This document shows positions 9,549 through 16,936 of a DNA stretch of 32,000 nucleotides, piece after piece. Position numbers and translations under genes: made by a program. Every line of letters begins with the position of its first letter. Position 1 is the stretch's first letter. The notes beneath the pieces are model-generated. The model was not told where the DNA came from and ran no database searches. It saw nothing but the letters and a program-made list of their open reading frames with translations. The stretch lies in NCBI RefSeq assembly GCF_000016745.1, contig NC_009483.1:2520001-2552000 (forward strand). Reading direction: 5' to 3'. Source of the DNA: Geotalea uraniireducens Rf4. Its GTDB lineage: Bacteria > Desulfobacterota > Desulfuromonadia > Geobacterales > Geobacteraceae.

Positions 9549-9907
9549 GAATGCACCTTCGCATCATCGAGAATGCAATCATACTCGCTGCCGAAACCGA
9601 GAAAATGGATGTTCTGCCTGAACTCTTCCGGGACATTGATCAACACCGGACTTAAACCGAGCAATTTTACATGGCGCAACCAGATAGCAAGCAGTTGACA
9701 GCCGCTCAGGTCGATCTGATCAACATCCTTCATATCGATTTCAGGGTCGTTTTCCATTGGACATGAGGAAGCGCGAGTATCGGCAGCATTTGAGAAAGAC
9801 AGCGATTGCAATTGAATCTTCAAAAACTTCAACTGGTCCGTTACCCCCGTGATCGACCAGTTGCCGCAGAGCTTGATGGACATTCTCTCGGTTGCTGATT
9901 CCGACAT
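9545..9907 (-). CDS. STAS-domain protein (anti-sigma-antagonist fold), translationally coupled to cheA
   Basis: 120 aa from ATG 9907 (GGAGGgtgcttt ATG). The pattern (short alternating strands, IDMKDVDQIDLSGCQLLAIWL, LINVPEEFRQNIHFLGF) resembles STAS/SpoIIAA-like proteins by eye. The stop overlaps the cheA start (ATGA, 9545-9548). The ORF-track start at 9985 is rejected because a sigma-54 promoter match lies inside that extension. Confidence 0.65.
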   Translation of the reverse strand: MSESATERMSIKLCGNWSITGVTDQLKFLKIQLQSLSFSNAADTRASSCPMENDPEIDMKDVDQIDLSGCQLLAIWLRHVKLLGLSPVLINVPEEFRQNIHFLGFGSEYDCILDDAKVHS

Positions 9908-9957
9908 AAAGCACCCTCCATTCCTTGTAATGATTTTCTTTTGATGATTATCCTTTA

Positions 9958-9972
9958 GCAGCAATAGTGCCA
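9958..9972 (-). promoter_or_regulatory. Sigma-54 (-24/-12) promoter candidate for the STAS-che operon
   Basis: Minus strand TGGCACtattgCTGC. GG and GC are separated by exactly 10 nt. The -24 hexamer is perfect and the -12 element is cTGC versus the TTGC consensus. It lies about 50 nt upstream of ATG 9907, and the adjacent upstream gene is an NtrC-type enhancer-binding protein. Confidence 0.55.
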
Positions 9973-10105
9973 TTTTTGTATACATATAATACTATGTAAT
10001 ATCAGCATGTTAACAGTATGGCGTCTTTCGGACCGATACGACGATTTTTGCTGGCCCAAAATACTTTTTATCCAAATATCACGTTACTTCAGTGAGTTAT
10101 CCTGC

Positions 10106-10121
10106 TGCAAAAAAAATTGCA
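10106..10121. promoter_or_regulatory. Perfect palindrome TGCAA-A6-TTGCA, candidate enhancer (UAS) site
   Basis: 16-nt dyad about 140 nt upstream of the -24 element. This is the distance range typical of bacterial enhancer-binding protein sites. No experimental or comparative support is available here. Confidence 0.25.
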
Positions 10122-10208
10122 GGTGCAACCAATGTCGCATGGGTATGATGAGATGGAAACGGGGAGAGTTCAAAGGGGATTGAAACGGGATGGATTGAGC
10201 GCGAATCT

Positions 10209-10380
10209 CACGAATTGCGGCATTAGCGTTCATCGTTGAAAAAGCATTTGAACACGGATCAAATCTGATTTGTACGGATTTTCACGGATTTAGAAGATCA
10301 AGAACAAAAGACCCGAAAGGTTATGACCTGAAACCGGAATATGTCCTTGATTTATTCGTGTAAATCCGTCCAGATCCGTG
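10209..10380. repeat. Array of CACGRAT-type heptamers: four forward copies then three inverted copies
   Basis: Forward: cacgaat 10209, cacggat 10253, tacggat 10273, cacggat 10283. Inverted: attcgtg 10354, atccgtc 10364, atccgtg 10374. Longer complementary arms: gaacacggatc 10250-10260 / gatccgtgtcc 10373-10383, and cacggattta 10283-10292 / taaatccgtc 10361-10370. Confidence 0.6.
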
Positions 10381-10384
10381 TCCA

Positions 10385-10421
10385 ACTGCCGTTTTCAGGT
10401 TCAACGGCTGACTGCCGTTTT
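10385..10421. repeat. Perfect 11-nt direct repeat ACTGCCGTTTT x2 (26-nt period)
   Basis: Copies at 10385-10395 and 10411-10421, lying 40-77 nt beyond the response-regulator stop codon. Confidence 0.6.
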
Positions 10422-10461
10422 GGATGTTAGCGGCTGTTCTTCAGTAGGGAGGAGGGTTTGC

Positions 10462-11904
10462 TTATGGTTGCTCATCGTCGCATTTCCTGCTGAGCCGCTT
10501 ATTGAGAGCCTGGCGGGTTATGCCGAGATAGGACGCGGCTATCCCCTGATTGCCGTTGGCGAGCTGCAAAGCCTGGTCAATGAGAAATACCTCTGCATCT
10601 TTCAATGTGGGGAAGTTCCCCTGTTTAACATGAAAAACATCCACAGGAGATGACAAGACAGCTGCGCCACTGGACGGGTGTTTGTTGCCGATGGATTGCT
10701 TCATGGCGATCATCGGCATGAAGCAATCCATTGACAACATCCCCTTCTGATGCCTGGTTACGGCATCAAAGACCATCGACTGAAACTCGCGGATATTACC
10801 GGGAAAATCATAAGCTGCCAGATAGTGCGCCAGTTCTGGTGGAGGGGTCGGTTTTTTCTTGTTCAAAGCGATTGCCGCGGTTTCCAGGAAGTGATCGAGA
10901 AGAAGCGGGATATCTTCAGGACGCTCTCGCAGTGGCGGGATTTGCACCTGGTGGGCTCTGAGACGATAATAGAGGTCTTTTCTGAACGAATGCTCCGTTA
11001 TCATCTGCTGCAGGTCGCAGTTAGTGGCAAAAACCAGGCGGGCGCCGCTTTTCATCGGAAGATCGGAGCCCAGCCGATAATACTCTTGTTCCTGTAAAAG
11101 CCTCAAAAGCTTAATCTGCGAAGCCTCGTTTATATCGCCGATCTCATCGAGGAACAAGGTTCCGTCGCCGGCTTGCAGCAGCAAACCATCACGTTTCTGG
11201 TCGGCCCCTGTATATGCCCCTTTTTTGTGGCCGAAAAGTGTATCGGAAAACATCAGATCATCGAGACCAGCCACATTCACAGCAATAAAGGCGCCTTTCC
11301 GGCCGCTTAACTCATGCACAGCCCTGGCGACAAGCTCTTTTCCCACGCCGGTTTCGCCGCAGATCAAAACGGGCTGGCCAGTCCCGGCAACGGCTTCCAG
11401 ATAATGAAATATGCCCCTCATCTTACTGCTCCGGGTAATTATTGCTGCAAAAGCGTCTTCATGTTCCAGTCGGTCGGTAAGGAGATGCTGTTTGAGGGAT
11501 GAAACCTCGCTGCGCAACGAGTGCATTTCCGCAGCTTTTCTTACGCTCGACACCAACCTGTCCTTCTCCACCGGCTTGACATAATAATCGAAGGCTCCCG
11601 CTTTCATACACGCCACAGCCATCTCGATTTCGTTTGCCGCCGTCATGACAATGACCGGTATCTGCGGGAACGAGACGGCAATTTCCTTCAGCAGTTCGTA
11701 CCCGGAAATAAACGGCATATTCAGATCGAGGACAATAACGGCAACTTCCTGTTTGTTCAAAAACTGCATAACCTGCCGGCTGTCGTTTACAGTCGAAACA
11801 TTGCTGAAACCGGCACTGCGCAACGTTATGCCGGTACTGAACAATATTTCTTCTTCGTCATCCACAAGAAGAATGGTAAAGGGAATCCCGGCTTTGTTTT
11901 TCAT
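10462..11904 (-). CDS. Sigma-54-dependent response regulator (NtrC family: REC + AAA+ + Fis-type HTH)
   Basis: Receiver (LLVDDEEE, VLDLNMP, GAFDYYVKP). AAA+ Walker A GETGVGKE. GAYTGA variant of the GAFTGA sigma-54 contact loop. C-terminal HTH GNQGIAASYLGITRQALNKRL. ATG 11904 is preferred (AGGAG 8 nt upstream) over the TTG at 11910. Confidence 0.92.
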   Translation of the reverse strand: MKNKAGIPFTILLVDDEEEILFSTGITLRSAGFSNVSTVNDSRQVMQFLNKQEVAVIVLDLNMPFISGYELLKEIAVSFPQIPVIVMTAANEIEMAVACMKAGAFDYYVKPVEKDRLVSSVRKAAEMHSLRSEVSSLKQHLLTDRLEHEDAFAAIITRSSKMRGIFHYLEAVAGTGQPVLICGETGVGKELVARAVHELSGRKGAFIAVNVAGLDDLMFSDTLFGHKKGAYTGADQKRDGLLLQAGDGTLFLDEIGDINEASQIKLLRLLQEQEYYRLGSDLPMKSGARLVFATNCDLQQMITEHSFRKDLYYRLRAHQVQIPPLRERPEDIPLLLDHFLETAAIALNKKKPTPPPELAHYLAAYDFPGNIREFQSMVFDAVTRHQKGMLSMDCFMPMIAMKQSIGNKHPSSGAAVLSSPVDVFHVKQGNFPTLKDAEVFLIDQALQLANGNQGIAASYLGITRQALNKRLSRKCDDEQP

Positions 11905-11951
11905 TCGCAATACTCCTGTCTGAAAGCAGGTTGATGATTAAGATTGGGAGT

Positions 11952-13175
11952 TTATAGTGCCAGAGGCAGTTTAACCGTGGCGGTAGTTCCTCTCCCCGGA
12001 GCTGACTCGAACTCCAGTGAGCCATTGTGTTCCTTGAGGATCGAGGCAGAGATGGAGAGGCCCAGACCGGTTCCCCCCTGCTCAAGCCTGGTGGTAAAAA
12101 ACGGTTCGATGGCGCGCTCCAGCACTTTTTTATTCATTCCCTTGCCTTCGTCCCGGACTGTAATAATCAGGCATCCCGAGCCGTCTTCGAATGCCGTCCC
12201 GACCCGGACGCCGGCTGATTTATCTGGGAGGGCCTGAAGTGAATTCATGATCAGGTTGATGATTACCTGCTCTATCTGCTGAGCATTACCCTTGGCGGGC
12301 GGGAGCTTTTCCGCCAGAGAGAGCTTGAAATTATCGGTAAACTTATGGATGTGATGACTGAGAATCGAAAATGCATCCTGAATGAGCCTGTTGATATCGA
12401 TACTGCCGTGTACACTGTTGGTATCTTCGCGGGCGAAATCCTTCAGGTTGTTGACAATGGCGTTGATCCGCCGCGAACCTTCGCTGAGACCCAAAAACAG
12501 CTTTGGCGCAGCCTCGAGCATTTCCGAAAACGGCAGCCCCCCCAGCGTAAATTCGCCATGCTCTTGATAGTATTCCGACAATATGGGAGTTGCATCATTC
12601 CAGGCCTCGGCAAGCAGTGCAGAATTAAATGAAATGAAGTTGTTAGGATTATTTATCTCGTGGGCAATGCCGGAAACCAACATGCCGAGGGAAGTCATCT
12701 TGTTGGCATGAATAAGCCGGGCATGGGAAGTTCTCATCGCTTCTTCCATGCGAAGCTTTTCGGTTATATCACGATTGGAGCAATATACCACCTCGACATC
12801 CCGTAACCTGATAATCTTTCCCCGCAACGCAACGGTAAACTTGGCGCCATCTTTCCTGATGCATGTCAACCTGTCGATAATAAAGTTTTTAACGCTTTCC
12901 TGACGGGGAACAGCCTGTACAAACAGTTGATAGTCGCCCGGTTCGATAAAAGACCACGGTCCCAGACGCTGAAGATCGTCGCGCGAATAACCGTAAAGTG
13001 CCTCCGCAGCCGGGTTTGCATCGATAAGTTCAAATGTTTCGCGCTTAAACAGAACAATTGCGTCTTCGTTCTGTTCAAATATCTGGTGAAATCGTTCTTC
13101 ACTTTCCCGCAGCTTTTCCTCCATCTGCTTACGCTCGGTGATTTTGGTTTTCAAGTTGAAACGAGACATCATCAT
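11952..13175 (-). CDS. PAS-domain sensor histidine kinase
   Basis: Coiled-coil plus PAS domain (EERFHQIFEQNEDAIVLF...DITEKLRMEEA). H-box GIAHEINNP. N-box IINLIMNSLQA. G-boxes VRDEGKGM and GGTGLGLS. The start is uncertain: an ATG triplet run at 13175/13172/13169 follows GTGGAG, while the ORF-track GTG at 13265 has no Shine-Dalgarno. Confidence 0.85.
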   Translation of the reverse strand: MMMSRFNLKTKITERKQMEEKLRESEERFHQIFEQNEDAIVLFKRETFELIDANPAAEALYGYSRDDLQRLGPWSFIEPGDYQLFVQAVPRQESVKNFIIDRLTCIRKDGAKFTVALRGKIIRLRDVEVVYCSNRDITEKLRMEEAMRTSHARLIHANKMTSLGMLVSGIAHEINNPNNFISFNSALLAEAWNDATPILSEYYQEHGEFTLGGLPFSEMLEAAPKLFLGLSEGSRRINAIVNNLKDFAREDTNSVHGSIDINRLIQDAFSILSHHIHKFTDNFKLSLAEKLPPAKGNAQQIEQVIINLIMNSLQALPDKSAGVRVGTAFEDGSGCLIITVRDEGKGMNKKVLERAIEPFFTTRLEQGGTGLGLSISASILKEHNGSLEFESAPGRGTTATVKLPLAL

Positions 13176-13206
13176 GCTCCACAAAAGACAAACAAAGAAC
13201 ACTGCC

Positions 13207-13263
13207 GTATCACATTGCCGAATCAATCCGGAAATAATCCGCGTTTGCCGGCAAGTGTGATAC
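13207..13263. repeat. Long imperfect inverted repeat (14/15-nt arms, 28-nt spacer)
   Basis: GTATCACATTGCCG (13207-13220) pairs with CGGCAAGTGTGATAC (13249-13263) with one bulged base. It contains the perfect 10-nt palindrome TTGCCGGCAA (13245-13254). It lies between the TPR-peptidase stop and the kinase start. Confidence 0.6.
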
Positions 13264-13347
13264 ACGGTGGTTATCTACTCACATGAATAAATATAATGGA
13301 TTGAAGACAGCAACGGAGGGTAATGCAGTTGCCACCCTTAAACAAAG

Positions 13348-14613
13348 CTATTTTCCAAACTCTTTTTGCATATAAGCCTGCCATTCAACCACCACACCCG
13401 GGTAGTCGAGGCTGAAACCGTTCAGCGCTTTTTTGATGGCAGCATCAACAGGCATTCCCTTGCCGAGGTTTACCAGTATCTCCCTCACGTTGTACCAGCC
13501 ATAGGCGCCGATCATGTAATTCACCATCGAGTAACTCTGCTGATAGGCCAGTGCAGCCTGCCTGTTGTTAAAGGCGCCAAATGACCCCTCCAGGGCAGGA
13601 AAAGTGAGATAACCTCGATGCTTTGCCGCTTTCCCGAGCTCGGCCATGGGAGGATTCAATTCCCTGCGCCCCTCATATTCGGCCAATCCTTCATTAAGCC
13701 AGGTTGGAACATTCCCCTTGGTCAGCTCATGGATGACCACGTGGGCATATTCATGAAAGAGAATGGCCCTCAGTTGCGGAGTGAGCTCAGTCGCACCGCC
13801 GATGGGCAAGCGGATTTTACCGTCATAAAGTCCGCCTGACCAGTCGGGACTTTCGGTCACGTTCCGGTAATCCTTTTTGGTATAGAGAATCACGGGAACG
13901 CGTGCCGTAGGGAAATAATCAAGATCCGATCCAACCCGATTATAAGCGCTTTCCAGTATGTCGAGTATCCCGCCGGCCAGGCTGGAAGTAACCTCGGCAT
14001 CATAGGAAATTTCAAACTTCGAACTGTGCTCCTTGCCCATCCGGGACTCGACCGCCGCTTCCCTGCGGACTTTCTCCACTATTTCACGCACCGCCTTGTT
14101 GTTCGGATCCAAAGCCAATGCCTTGTCCCAGCATTCAATCGCAGCGGTAAGCTCACCGGTATCATAGTAAACCCGTCCCAGGTAATAGAGGATGTCGACG
14201 GTATCGCCGCTGATCCCACGAACCCGCTCAAATTCATACTTTGCAGCGTCATAGTTTTTCGCCAGATAGAGGGCAATACCACGCATCGTGCCATAGACAA
14301 CGTTGTCAGGAGCCAATTCTCGGGCATGATCAAAATAGTCCGCAGCCTCCATGTAACGGTTCGCTTCCATCTCCCGCTTGCCGACATACATATAGGTCAC
14401 AGCCAGATTTTTCCGCAGGGTTTCGTCATAGGGGAAAAAGCTGTACGCTTTTTGCAACTGCTCCAGGGCTTTTTCGTATTCGCCCCGGTTGAAAAGCTCC
14501 AGGGCATAATCATTGTGAACAAAGGGATCATTGGCACAGACCGGCAGCGAAGTTAGCAGGGTGAGGAACAATATAAGGAGCGCAGAGAGGGAGATATAAT
14601 GTGTTTTCTGCAT
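13348..14613 (-). CDS. Secreted TPR-repeat protein with C-terminal MA-clan (HExxH) zinc-peptidase-like domain
   Basis: Signal peptide MQKTHYISLSALLILFLTLLTSLPVCA. About 4 TPR units. C-terminal FHEYAHVVIHE...WLNEGLAEYEG (HExxH plus a downstream Glu). ATG 14613 is chosen (GAGG 7 nt upstream); the ORF-track start at 14628 is a TTG. Confidence 0.8.
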   Translation of the reverse strand: MQKTHYISLSALLILFLTLLTSLPVCANDPFVHNDYALELFNRGEYEKALEQLQKAYSFFPYDETLRKNLAVTYMYVGKREMEANRYMEAADYFDHARELAPDNVVYGTMRGIALYLAKNYDAAKYEFERVRGISGDTVDILYYLGRVYYDTGELTAAIECWDKALALDPNNKAVREIVEKVRREAAVESRMGKEHSSKFEISYDAEVTSSLAGGILDILESAYNRVGSDLDYFPTARVPVILYTKKDYRNVTESPDWSGGLYDGKIRLPIGGATELTPQLRAILFHEYAHVVIHELTKGNVPTWLNEGLAEYEGRRELNPPMAELGKAAKHRGYLTFPALEGSFGAFNNRQAALAYQQSYSMVNYMIGAYGWYNVREILVNLGKGMPVDAAIKKALNGFSLDYPGVVVEWQAYMQKEFGK

Positions 14614-14628
14614 CAGCATGCCTCGCAA

Positions 14629-14919
14629 TTAATTACTGCCCCACAGAGGATCATCGGCGAACTGCAAGCGGATACGCTCTTCAGGATTCTGCGCCAGGAA
14701 TTCCTCGTCCGTGAATGAAAACCTGAAATCCTCCGCATACTCCAGGAGGATCCCGTAAGCAGCATTTACCAGCCTTATCTGCTCCGGATCGTTTTGCTCT
14801 CCCGTATCAGGATGACAAGTCTTCACCAGTTTTCGATGTCTCTTTTTGATCTCCCGTAGGGTAACCCGGCCGGTGAATCCGAATATCTTCAAGGCGTTTT
14901 GCAGTTCCTGAAAAGTCAT
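14629..14919 (-). CDS. Small stand-alone J-domain (DnaJ-like) protein
   Basis: 96 aa. J-domain signature LREIKKRHRKLVKTCHPDTG with an HPD tripeptide and a helix III-like NAAYGILLEY. No zinc-finger or C-terminal DnaJ domains. Confidence 0.8.
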   Translation of the reverse strand: MTFQELQNALKIFGFTGRVTLREIKKRHRKLVKTCHPDTGEQNDPEQIRLVNAAYGILLEYAEDFRFSFTDEEFLAQNPEERIRLQFADDPLWGSN

Positions 14920-14924
14920 GATCT

Positions 14925-14933
14925 ACTATACCA
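14925..14933 (-). promoter_or_regulatory. Candidate extended -10 (TGgTATAGT) placed for a leaderless J-domain transcript
   Basis: Minus strand gcaaataTGgTATAGTagatcATG. Only 5 nt separate the -10 from the ATG at 14919, and there is no Shine-Dalgarno sequence. Confidence 0.25.
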
Positions 14934-15032
14934 TATTTGCCGGCAGAAATGCTTGCACCTTCGCACCTCTCAACGTTTAACCTGAAAAGCAGTTAACCAC
15001 TGATGAACATGGATGATATACAGGGGATCGAT

Positions 15033-15057
15033 AAAAAAAAGCCGGGTTGCCCCGGCT
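15033..15057 (-). terminator. Rho-independent terminator after dxs
   Basis: Minus strand AGCCGGG-gcaa-CCCGGCT followed by T8. It begins 5 nt after the dxs stop. Confidence 0.8.
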
Positions 15058-15061
15058 TCTC

Positions 15062-16936
15062 CTAATGTAGCGCCGCCCTGATACGTGCGGCGATCCCTGA
15101 AGCATCGAGGCCGTACCTGGCTCGCAACTCCGGCTGCTCTCCCTGTTCGATAAAGCAATCGGGAAAACCAAAGCGCGTCACCGCAACATTATCTAAACCT
15201 TCCCCTTCCAAAAGCTCCAGCACTGCCGTGCCGAAGCCCCCTTGCAGGACGTTTTCCTCAATGGTAAAGAGCCTTCCCGTCTTCTCCGCCATGGACAGGA
15301 TCATCTCCTTGTCAAGCGGCTTAATGAAGCGCATATTGATTACCGCCAGGTTTAGACCTTCGCCGGCAAGTGCTTCGGCGGCTTCAAGGGCGGGATAGAC
15401 CATCGTACCGACCGCCAGGACGGCGCCGTCGATGCCATCGCGCAAAAGCTCCGCTTTACCAATGGGGATATCCTTGCATATCTGGTCAATGGCCACGCCA
15501 TAGCCGTTGCCGCGCGGGTAGCGGACAGCTGCCGGGCCGTCATGGTTGATCGCGGTTTGGAGCATGTGCTGCAACTCATTCTCATCCTTGGGCGCCATCA
15601 GGGTCATGGCAGGGAGATGACGGAGGTACGACAGGTCGAACACGCCGTGATGGGTCGGGCCATCGCTACCCACAACCCCGGCCCGGTCGATGGCAAACAC
15701 CACCGGGAGATTCTGCAGGCAGACGTCGTGGAAAACCTGGTCGTAGGCCCGCTGCAAGAAGGAAGAATACACGGCGAAGACCGGCTTGAATCCTTGGCTG
15801 GCAAGGCCGGCAGCAAACGTGACGCCGTGTTGTTCGGCAATCCCCACGTCAAAGAAACGTTCAGGATACTTGGCGGCGAAACCGGACAGTCCTGTACCGT
15901 CCGGCATGGCTGCTGTTATGGCGACAACCTTGTCGTTGTCTTCAGCGATCTTTTTCATCGCCTCGCCAAATATATAGGTGTATGAGGCAGCCCCGCCCTT
16001 TCCTTTCAGCACCTTGCCGGTTGCCACGTCAAAGGGGCCTACCCCGTGAAACAGCGACGGGTTCGCCTCGGCAGGCGCATACCCTTTTCCCTTCTTGGTC
16101 AGGACATGGATCAGCACCGCATCGTCAAAACGCTTGACGTTTTCCAGAGTTTCCATCAAAAGCTCGACATTGTGACCGTCGATGGGACCAACGTACTCGA
16201 AGCCGAAGGCCTCGAAGAGCATGCCCGGCGTGAAAAGACCCTTGAGAGACTCCTCAGCGCGCTTGGCGACCTGGAGCACGCCGCGTCCGAGCCCATCGAG
16301 GTTTTCCAGGAACCCCTCCACATCCTTCTTGATCTTGTGGACGAATTCGTTGGTTATGGTGCGGGAGAGGAAACTGGAGAGCGCCCCCACGTTTTCCGAT
16401 ATGGACATCTCATTGTCGTTGAGGATTACCACCAGGTCCTTGTTCAGGTGCCCGGCATGGTTCAATCCCTCATAGGCAAGACCGCCGGTCATGGAACCGT
16501 CGCCGATCACGGCCAGGACCTTGTTGTGCTCCTGCTTCAGGTCACGGGCCAGGGCCATGCCGAGCGCCGCGGAGATGGAGGTGGAGGAATGCCCGACGTC
16601 AAAGGCGTCGTGGGGGGATTCTGCACGCTTCGGAAATCCGCTGATCCCTCCCAGGGTGCGCAGGGTTTTAAACGCCTCCCGGCGACCGGTCAAAAGCTTA
16701 TGGGCATAGGCCTGGTGCCCCACATCCCAGACGATCTTGTCTTTGGGTGAATTAAAGACCCGGTGCAGCGCAATGGTCAGTTCCACCACGCCGAGACTTG
16801 GAGCGAGATGCCCGCCGTTGGTCGCGCAGGTGGCGATAATGGTTTCGCGCAACTCTCCGGCAAGGATGGTCAGTTCCTTCAGCGAAAGCTTTTTCAACGC
16901 CTCAGGCCCGTCAATTGTATTCAATATGTTTCCCAT
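15062..16936 (-). CDS. dxs: 1-deoxy-D-xylulose-5-phosphate synthase
   Basis: 624 aa. N-terminal Dxs-type sequence ([18 protein letters not shown]..., [20 protein letters not shown]). TPP motif [18 protein letters not shown]...LNDN. The start overlaps the ispA stop by 1 nt (TAATG). Confidence 0.95.
   Translation of the reverse strand: MGNILNTIDGPEALKKLSLKELTILAGELRETIIATCATNGGHLAPSLGVVELTIALHRVFNSPKDKIVWDVGHQAYAHKLLTGRREAFKTLRTLGGISGFPKRAESPHDAFDVGHSSTSISAALGMALARDLKQEHNKVLAVIGDGSMTGGLAYEGLNHAGHLNKDLVVILNDNEMSISENVGALSSFLSRTITNEFVHKIKKDVEGFLENLDGLGRGVLQVAKRAEESLKGLFTPGMLFEAFGFEYVGPIDGHNVELLMETLENVKRFDDAVLIHVLTKKGKGYAPAEANPSLFHGVGPFDVATGKVLKGKGGAASYTYIFGEAMKKIAEDNDKVVAITAAMPDGTGLSGFAAKYPERFFDVGIAEQHGVTFAAGLASQGFKPVFAVYSSFLQRAYDQVFHDVCLQNLPVVFAIDRAGVVGSDGPTHHGVFDLSYLRHLPAMTLMAPKDENELQHMLQTAINHDGPAAVRYPRGNGYGVAIDQICKDIPIGKAELLRDGIDGAVLAVGTMVYPALEAAEALAGEGLNLAVINMRFIKPLDKEMILSMAEKTGRLFTIEENVLQGGFGTAVLELLEGEGLDNVAVTRFGFPDCFIEQGEQPELRARYGLDASGIAARIRAALH

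Noticed and set aside
9908-9985. 26-codon N-terminal extension of the STAS ORF (track start 9985).
   Set aside because: No Shine-Dalgarno at 9985, whereas GGAGG precedes ATG 9907. The sigma-54 promoter match (9958-9972) lies inside the extension.
10068-10105. Two DnaA-box-like 9-mers (TTATCCAAA, TTATCCTGC) next to an AT-rich stretch (9975-10020), raising the idea of an origin.
   Set aside because: The matches are imperfect and there are only two. There is no dnaA/dnaN nearby and no switch of gene orientation across the region. The AT-rich stretch is better explained as promoter/UTR DNA.
10168-10186. gttcaaaggggattgaaac, which resembles the 3' end of some CRISPR repeats (...ATTGAAAC).
   Set aside because: There is a single copy with no repeat-spacer periodicity and no cas genes in the window.
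13176-13265. 30-codon extension of the histidine kinase starting at a GTG.
   Set aside because: No Shine-Dalgarno, and the region is occupied by a long inverted repeat. ATGs at 13175-13169 follow GTGGAG. The short hydrophobic stretch (AVFFVCLLWSMMM) is too short for a confident TM helix. This remains uncertain.
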